From Patescibacteria group bacterium (lineage in GTDB: Bacteria; Patescibacteriota; UBA1384; XYA2-FULL-43-10), in assembly GCA_041674405.1 (NCBI GenBank), contig JBAYVT010000006.1, forward strand, positions 25,153 to 57,152: 32,000 nucleotides of DNA, given 5' to 3'. The position numbers and the translations under genes are program-made. Positions 26,601 to 32,000 of this stretch are shown one piece after another (within the stretch, counting starts at the first letter, position 1; every line of letters begins with the position of its first letter). The notes beneath the pieces are model-generated. The model searched no databases, was not told the DNA's origin, and saw only the letters and a program-made list of their open reading frames with translations.

Positions 26601-27177
26601 AAATTCAAAAAATGAGGGAATAAAAATCGTAGAACCGATCACAGAGCAAGACTTTTTGGATTCTATCGAGCTGGTCAGAAAAACTTTGTTCTGGGAAAAA
26701 GGGCTTCTAAATGAATTTAAGAGTTTGTCATCAGGCGAACTACTGATTGCAAAGGATAAAAATAAAATTGTGGGTGTTTTATCACAACGCAGGCCTGGGA
26801 AAATTTTTACAGATTGGCCGGAAGAATATTTTGATCTTGAAAATATTAAAAGCTCTAAAGAAGACATTGGCTATATTGCAATCATTGCCGTTGATAAAAA
26901 ATCTCAGGGAAAAGGCGTCGGCAAAAAAATGATTGCGAGCGCGCTGAAATTACAAGAAGAGTTTGGATCAAAAGCAATCGCAGTTCATGTTTCACAAAAT
27001 TCTCCGGGTGGAGCATCGGAGAAACTTTTTAGATCATTCGGTTTTGAGCCGGTTAAATTGTACGAAAAGCCGTGGGAAGAAATCTCGAAGGAAAAGGGGT
27101 TGGAAGGTTTTGTTTGCGCTTTTTGTGGCAATCCCTGCGTTTGCGACGAACTTGAGATGATCAAATATCTTAAATAA
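26590..27177 (+). CDS. GNAT-family N-acetyltransferase with short Cys-rich C-terminal tail
   Basis: IGYIAIIAVDKKSQGKGVGKKMIASALKLQEEFGSKAIAVHVSQNSPGGASEKLFRSFGFEPVKLYEKPW; tail VCAFCGNPCVCDELEMIKYLK. Confidence 0.8.
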   Translation: MTTKNSKNEGIKIVEPITEQDFLDSIELVRKTLFWEKGLLNEFKSLSSGELLIAKDKNKIVGVLSQRRPGKIFTDWPEEYFDLENIKSSKEDIGYIAIIAVDKKSQGKGVGKKMIASALKLQEEFGSKAIAVHVSQNSPGGASEKLFRSFGFEPVKLYEKPWEEISKEKGLEGFVCAFCGNPCVCDELEMIKYLK

Positions 27178-27309
27178 CAAACAACCCCGAAGGGGCCCCG
27201 TTGGGGCTAATAACCCCGAGCCAAAGGAGCCAATGGCTACCCGTTGGGTCTTCCCTTCGGAAAAGGGGTCCCTTTGGGACTTAGAACTAATAGCTATAAG
27301 TGTTGATTG

Positions 27310-27348
27310 AAAAAACGGACCGCCCACCCCGGAACTTCGGGTGGGCGG
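27310..27348 (-). terminator. Intrinsic terminator for a minus-strand small gene
   Basis: CCGCCCACCC (27320-27329) / GGGTGGGCGG (27339-27348), 10-bp stem, followed on the minus strand by TCCGTTTTTT. Confidence 0.75.
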
Positions 27349-27362
27349 CGGTGCGTCGCGGC

Positions 27363-27533
27363 CTAGCTGTCGTCGGTAGATTGAGTCTCGTCCTTGGGTT
27401 CTTTGAGTTCGCCATCGCAAGGGTCCCCGCCGTGCCCATGCTCAGGCAGAACATAGCAGGCCTGGCCCTGTGAGTCTCGGCCCTTGATGAGAGTCGCTTC
27501 GTATCCACAAATGCTGCATTTTCCCGACGGCAT
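27363..27533 (-). CDS. 56-aa zinc-ribbon-like small protein, not in the supplied ORF track
   Basis: Minus strand: SD GGAGG 8 nt before ATG at 27533; MPSGKCSICGYEATLIKGRDSQGQACYVLPEHGHGGDPCDGELKEPKDETQSTDDS*, stop TAG at 27365-27363; strong terminator immediately downstream. Confidence 0.6.
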   Translation of the reverse strand: MPSGKCSICGYEATLIKGRDSQGQACYVLPEHGHGGDPCDGELKEPKDETQSTDDS

Positions 27534-27674
27534 CCATGATACCTCCTGTGTGTGTGCTTACGACTTGGATATGTTAGCACTTTTGAGTGATCCGGTCAAC
27601 GATACCGGCTTCATATTGTGGAATTTATTTAGCTTTGATAAGATCAAGTAAACTCAAGTTAGGAGATGTTTTTT

Positions 27675-29144
27675 ATGTCCGAGAAAAAAGTTTTTGTGAC
27701 AACAGCAATCGATTATGTAAATGCTAAGCCGCATATTGGCCATGCTTTGGAAAAGATTCAAGCCGATGTTCTTGTTCGCTGGAATCGTGATTCTCTTCGC
27801 AACAGCACTTATTTTCTGTCTGGAACCGATGAAAATGGGCTCAAGAACGTCCAAACTGCAAAAGCCGAAAATATGCCGGTGAAGAAATATGTTGATAGAA
27901 ATTCAACTTATTTTACTGCGCTTAAGTCGATGCTAAATCTTACATATGATCAGTTTATTCGTACAACAGAGGCAAAACATTTTGAAGGATCACAAAAATT
28001 GTGGAAAGCGTTCAAGCCGGAGGACATCTGCAAGAAAAAGTATAAAGGCTTATATTGTGTAGGTTGTGAGGAATTTAAGACAGAGAAGGATCTTGTCGAT
28101 GGCAAGTGCCCCGAGCACAATTGCCCGCCCGAAGCTGTGGAAGAGGAAAATTACTTTTTTAAGTTATCGAATTACCAAGAGCAAATTCTTGATCTGATTA
28201 GGACTGATAAAGTAAAAATTTTGCCGGAATACAGGAAAAATGAGGTTATCAACTTCATCGAATCGGGATTAAACGATCTTTCAATCTCCCGATCTGCCGA
28301 GCGGGTAGAAAATTGGGGCGTTCCAGTGCCCGGTGACGATTCCCAAATCATGTATGTCTGGATCGATGCGCTCGCCAATTACATTACGGCGCTCGATTAC
28401 GACAAAAACGGCGAACTGTTTGAAAAATACTGGTTAAATGGCAATGAGCGAATTCATATAGTAGGCAAGGGGATTCTACGTTTTCATGCAATTTATTGGA
28501 TCGCGATGTTGCTCTCGGCTGGTCTGCCGTTGCCAACGGCTGTGCTATCACATGAATATTTGACGATCAATGGCAAGAAAATTTCCAAGTCTCTTGGCAA
28601 TGTCATTAATCCGGAGGAAGTGGTTGAAAAATATGGCGTCGACGGTGCGCGTTACGTTCTTCTGACATCACTTCCATGGAGCAAGGATGGCGATATAACC
28701 TGGGAGAGGATGAGCGAGAAATATGCTTCCGATCTTTCAAACAACATCGGAAATCTGGTTCAGCGAACGATTGCGATGATCAAGAAATACGATGTGAAAG
28801 TCGAAAGTCCCGAGTCGAAAGTCCATAAAGTCGAAGGTGAGGACAATAACTTTTTTAATGAGTCAGAATTCAAAGAAGAGATCGAATCGTTGAAGATGGA
28901 GTTGGCTCTGAAGCGAGTTATTGCTTCTGCCCAATCGCTAAACCAATACATCGATGAAAATAAGCCCTGGTCCCTTGCAAAAACCGACATGGAAAAGTGT
29001 ACCGAGGTTTTAAATAATGTCCGAGATAATCTAATTTATCTTTCAGATTTTATAATGCCATTTATGCCTGAAGCAGGGAAAGGGATGAAAAAGCAGCTCG
29101 AAACTTTGGAACCAGAGCCGCTATTTCCGCGCATCGAGAAATAA
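27675..29144 (+). CDS. metG: Methionyl-tRNA synthetase
   Basis: VTTAIDYVNAKPHIGHALEKIQADVLVRWNRD; FLSGTDENGLKN; YVWIDALANYITAL; KISKSLGNVINPEEVVEKYGVDGARYVLL. ORF track start is 27666; ATGTCCGAG at 27675 is more likely. Confidence 0.96.
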   Translation: MSEKKVFVTTAIDYVNAKPHIGHALEKIQADVLVRWNRDSLRNSTYFLSGTDENGLKNVQTAKAENMPVKKYVDRNSTYFTALKSMLNLTYDQFIRTTEAKHFEGSQKLWKAFKPEDICKKKYKGLYCVGCEEFKTEKDLVDGKCPEHNCPPEAVEEENYFFKLSNYQEQILDLIRTDKVKILPEYRKNEVINFIESGLNDLSISRSAERVENWGVPVPGDDSQIMYVWIDALANYITALDYDKNGELFEKYWLNGNERIHIVGKGILRFHAIYWIAMLLSAGLPLPTAVLSHEYLTINGKKISKSLGNVINPEEVVEKYGVDGARYVLLTSLPWSKDGDITWERMSEKYASDLSNNIGNLVQRTIAMIKKYDVKVESPESKVHKVEGEDNNFFNESEFKEEIESLKMELALKRVIASAQSLNQYIDENKPWSLAKTDMEKCTEVLNNVRDNLIYLSDFIMPFMPEAGKGMKKQLETLEPEPLFPRIEK

Positions 29145-29206
29145 ATTGAGTGTTCCCCCTTCGCCCTTTGGGCTTCGGAGGGACGAAACAAACTATTATA
29201 TAATCA

Positions 29207-30073
29207 ATGTGTTTCGGAGGGTTAATGCTCGAAGCAGTTATCGCTTCAATTGGATATGCGGGGGGAGTCGTTGCAGATAAAATCATTTTGTGCCGGCACA
29301 GAGTTCCGGTACTCCGATTCATTCCGTTGCTTTTCATTTGGCTTGCAATTATTTCCGCAATATTCTTACCGCTTTATGGATCGATCAATTGGAATGGCCT
29401 TTTGACTGCACAATATATTATTCTCTTTATCTTGCTCATTGTGGTTGCGGTGACCTGGAATATTTTTTATTACAAAGGAATTCAAAAAGAGGAGATTCAC
29501 GAGTTTGAACTCATTATGCTCTTATCTCCGCTGGTTACGATTCTTCTTGCCACGATATTTTTGCCAAAGGAGCGCGATTGGACAATATTCGTCGCCGCGG
29601 TTGTCGCTTCGGGAGCTCTTCTTGCTACGAGATTTCGCCATCACCATATGAAAATAGGCCGGACGGCTTGGCAAACAATGTTGGCAATGGTGCTCATGTC
29701 GGCAGAATCAATATTTATCAAGGAAATGCTTGCGGTGATGTCACCAGTTACCCTCTATTTCATCCGGACTGCAATAGTCGGGTTGGTTTTCTTGATCGCA
29801 TACCGGCCAAAATTGTTCTCAATGCCGAGAACCGCTTACGGGCTGACGATAATCTCAGCGATTTTTGGCGTGGTCCAAATGGTCTTGAAATTTTACGGAT
29901 TCGATTCGCTCGGAGTTGTCGAGACGACCATGATTTTGGTTCTTGGCCCATTTCTTGTGTATTTTGCTTCATCCTATTATTTCAAAGAGCAGCTTTATAA
30001 ACGCGATATTTTTGCTGCAGTAATCGTGATACTTTGCATCTTATTTGTGACATTCAAAAACAGCTTTTTGTAA
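29207..30073 (+). CDS. EamA/DMT-superfamily transporter
   Basis: About 10 hydrophobic segments in two similar halves (AVIASIGYAGGVVADKII..., SAESIFIKEMLAVMSPVTLYFIRTAIVGLVFLIAY..., KFYGFDSLGVVETTMILVLGPFLVYFASSYYFKEQL). Confidence 0.8.
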   Translation: MCFGGLMLEAVIASIGYAGGVVADKIILCRHRVPVLRFIPLLFIWLAIISAIFLPLYGSINWNGLLTAQYIILFILLIVVAVTWNIFYYKGIQKEEIHEFELIMLLSPLVTILLATIFLPKERDWTIFVAAVVASGALLATRFRHHHMKIGRTAWQTMLAMVLMSAESIFIKEMLAVMSPVTLYFIRTAIVGLVFLIAYRPKLFSMPRTAYGLTIISAIFGVVQMVLKFYGFDSLGVVETTMILVLGPFLVYFASSYYFKEQLYKRDIFAAVIVILCILFVTFKNSFL

Positions 30074-30111
30074 AAAACGGAGCTATCAGTTATTAACTTT
30101 TGAGTTAAATT

Positions 30112-30900
30112 ATGTATATCGACACGCATGCACATTTGGATTTTCCAGAATATAAGGCCGAAGTCACTGCTGTTTTGGGCAGGGCGAAAGAGTCGGGAGT
30201 CGGGAAAATAATAAATGTTGGAGTAGATTTTGCTACGAGCAAAAAATCGGTCGAAATCGCACGACAGAATCCGGAGGTTTATGCGGCAATCGGCCTGCAT
30301 CCGGATTCGGCAGGGGATCTGGATATGGAAACAAGATCACTTCTAACTACGCTTGCCGGACAGAAAAAAGTCGTAGCAATCGGCGAGATCGGGCTTGATT
30401 ATTATTATTTGAAACGTGCTTCGAGATTTGCCAAATATCCCAAAAGAGAAGAGCAGATTTTTTGTTTCGAACAAATGCTGGATCTGGCAATTGAACTACG
30501 CCTTCCGGTAATCGTTCATTCCCGTGAGTCCGAAGCTGATACTATTTCGATACTCAAAAGTTACAAAGATAGCATTCGGGCAGTGATGCATTGTTTTTCG
30601 GGCGATTATGAGTATGCCGCGAAGATTTTAGATATGGGTTTTCTTATATCTTTTACGGGAAATATAACTTTCAATAAAAATACGCAAGCGGCCGATGTGA
30701 TAAAAAAGATTCCGCTTGGCTCAATAATGATCGAGACAGATAGCCCCTTCCTTGCGCCAGAACCTCACCGGGGAGATAGAAACGAGCCTGCATTTGTGGT
30801 AGAAGTTGCAAGGAAAATCTCTGAGATAAAAGACCTCCCGCTAGCTGAGGTTGAGAGGTCTACTACAAAGCGTGCTGAAAGTTTCTTTCGGCTTACCTAA
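30112..30900 (+). CDS. tatD: TatD-family metal-dependent hydrolase
   Basis: MYIDTHAHLDFPEYK; AAIGLHPDSA; VAIGEIGLDYYY; LPVIVHSRESEADT; MHCFSGDYEYAAKILDMGFLISFTGNITF; IMIETDSPFLAPEPHRGDRNEPAFVVEVARKI. Confidence 0.94.
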   Translation: MYIDTHAHLDFPEYKAEVTAVLGRAKESGVGKIINVGVDFATSKKSVEIARQNPEVYAAIGLHPDSAGDLDMETRSLLTTLAGQKKVVAIGEIGLDYYYLKRASRFAKYPKREEQIFCFEQMLDLAIELRLPVIVHSRESEADTISILKSYKDSIRAVMHCFSGDYEYAAKILDMGFLISFTGNITFNKNTQAADVIKKIPLGSIMIETDSPFLAPEPHRGDRNEPAFVVEVARKISEIKDLPLAEVERSTTKRAESFFRLT

Positions 30901-31118
30901 TTAGATGCTCCTGTTCTATATTTCTTATTCAATTTCTTTTGTCCCGGAAGCTCTCCCTGTGGTACAATTAGATTGACATTTTGATAGTCCCACTCTGGGG
31001 AGGGGAAATGATTGAGAAAAAGCAACGTTCGCGTTACTTATTCTGCCTCTTTTGGTAGTATTTTTTGATATTAATTTTAATCATTGGAATGACAACTGTG
31101 GAGCTTGACAGGGAAATA

Positions 31119-32000
31119 ATGAACGTACAAAAAAGCACGAGAACCACATTCTCCCGATTTTCTCCATGGCACAATGCTCTGCGGATGAAATCCCGTTGGT
31201 ATTATCGTTGGCACCTGAATAATATCGCTTCGCCAATCCATTGGGGAATATTGGTTCTATATGTTGCGATAGTTGCTAGCTTTGGATTCATGATAGTTCG
31301 TCCGTCAGATATCATAAATCCTAAATCAGCTCGTGCCGCTGATAGTTATTCAATGGCGGGATTGGTCGAGCATTCAGCCTATAATGGAACATGGGTGGAT
31401 AGCGGCAACACTTATAATAGCTCGCCTTATTATGAAAATGGTTCACTATATGTTTTTAGAATGGAATGGGGAAATTGGTATGCCGGGTCCTCATTAGGTG
31501 ACACTTCAGTTCTTATTGGGCCTAGCTCTGCTAGCCCTGACGGCAGTTATACCTATATGTCGGAAACAGGCGTTCTTTCTTTGGTTCCTTCCACCATAAC
31601 TATCTCCGGAACTTGCAAACAATATGACGAAGCAACAAATTGCTCTGATGGGGAGACAATCAAAATAGCAGTCAATGGAACTATCCAAACTCAAACCGGA
31701 ACTACAACCAGCGGAACATGGTCCGTGGCAGATGTACCAACCAATTCAGGGGATATGATTACTGCTTTTGTCCATAACGTTCCCGATGCCAACGAAGCTA
31801 ATGCTGTAACCAAATATGACGGCACAGGCGATATCACCGGCATCAATTTGTATGAAAAACACTTATCTATCGGTTCTGATGATAATCAAACTATATCTAA
31901 CGCTGATCTGTCTAATTATGATAGCTCTGTTTCGCAGAATGAAGACATCTTCTTTGATGTCGATGCTTCGAATAATCTGACTTTGCCGGCAACCGGAACC
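31119..32000 (+). CDS. Large secreted/surface protein, partial; continues past window end, absent from ORF track
   Basis: Hand translation from ATG 31119, open to the window edge: MNVQKSTRTTFSRFSPWHNALRMKSRWYYRWHLNNIASPIHWGILVLYVAIVASFGFMIVRPSDIINPKSARAADSYSMAGLVEHSAYNGTW... N-terminal TM/signal anchor, then Thr/Ser/Asn-rich beta-type sequence. Confidence 0.75.
   Translation, partial: MNVQKSTRTTFSRFSPWHNALRMKSRWYYRWHLNNIASPIHWGILVLYVAIVASFGFMIVRPSDIINPKSARAADSYSMAGLVEHSAYNGTWVDSGNTYNSSPYYENGSLYVFRMEWGNWYAGSSLGDTSVLIGPSSASPDGSYTYMSETGVLSLVPSTITISGTCKQYDEATNCSDGETIKIAVNGTIQTQTGTTTSGTWSVADVPTNSGDMITAFVHNVPDANEANAVTKYDGTGDITGINLYEKHLSIGSDDNQTISNADLSNYDSSVSQNEDIFFDVDASNNLTLPATGT

Noticed and set aside
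29578-30000. 140-aa plus-strand ORF inside the EamA gene
   Set aside because: It is an out-of-frame shadow of a clear multi-TM transporter and has no motif or SD.

Overview
The window looks like a chromosomal segment of a Candidate Phyla Radiation (Patescibacteria)-type bacterium. That placement is an inference from gene content and compact architecture. Supported content from left to right: (1) a minus-strand histidine-phosphatase-superfamily gene (partial, absent from the ORF track) overlapping by 4 nt a phosphohistidine 'swivel' domain protein, then a response regulator and PAS-histidine kinase; (2) a divergent PilX-like protein plus a second response regulator; (3) a minus-strand type IV pilus cluster (small PilP-position protein, pilO, pilN, pilM, pilC, pilB) in which the PilB ATPase carries an N-terminal HU/IHF-like DNA-binding domain; (4) dnaX and dnaB on the plus strand; (5) a largely non-coding island at 16.3-17.2 kb with a consensus promoter, a terminator, a predicted three-way-junction RNA fold and a duplicated terminator-like repeat; (6) a large secreted beta-propeller-like protein, a PcrA/UvrD helicase, an Rpf-like G5/transglycosylase protein next to rsmA, an Nramp-related transporter, rsmI, a GNAT protein, metG, an EamA transporter, tatD, and the start of a second large surface protein. 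Most notable items: the HU-PilB fusion, the structured RNA island (16386-17101), the translationally coupled phosphohistidine swivel/histidine phosphatase pair, small Zn-binding-like ORFs including one missed by the ORF track (27363-27533), and dispersed microrepeats and palindromes that occur both between genes and inside protein linkers. No CRISPR array, rRNA, tRNA or transposase was recognised.
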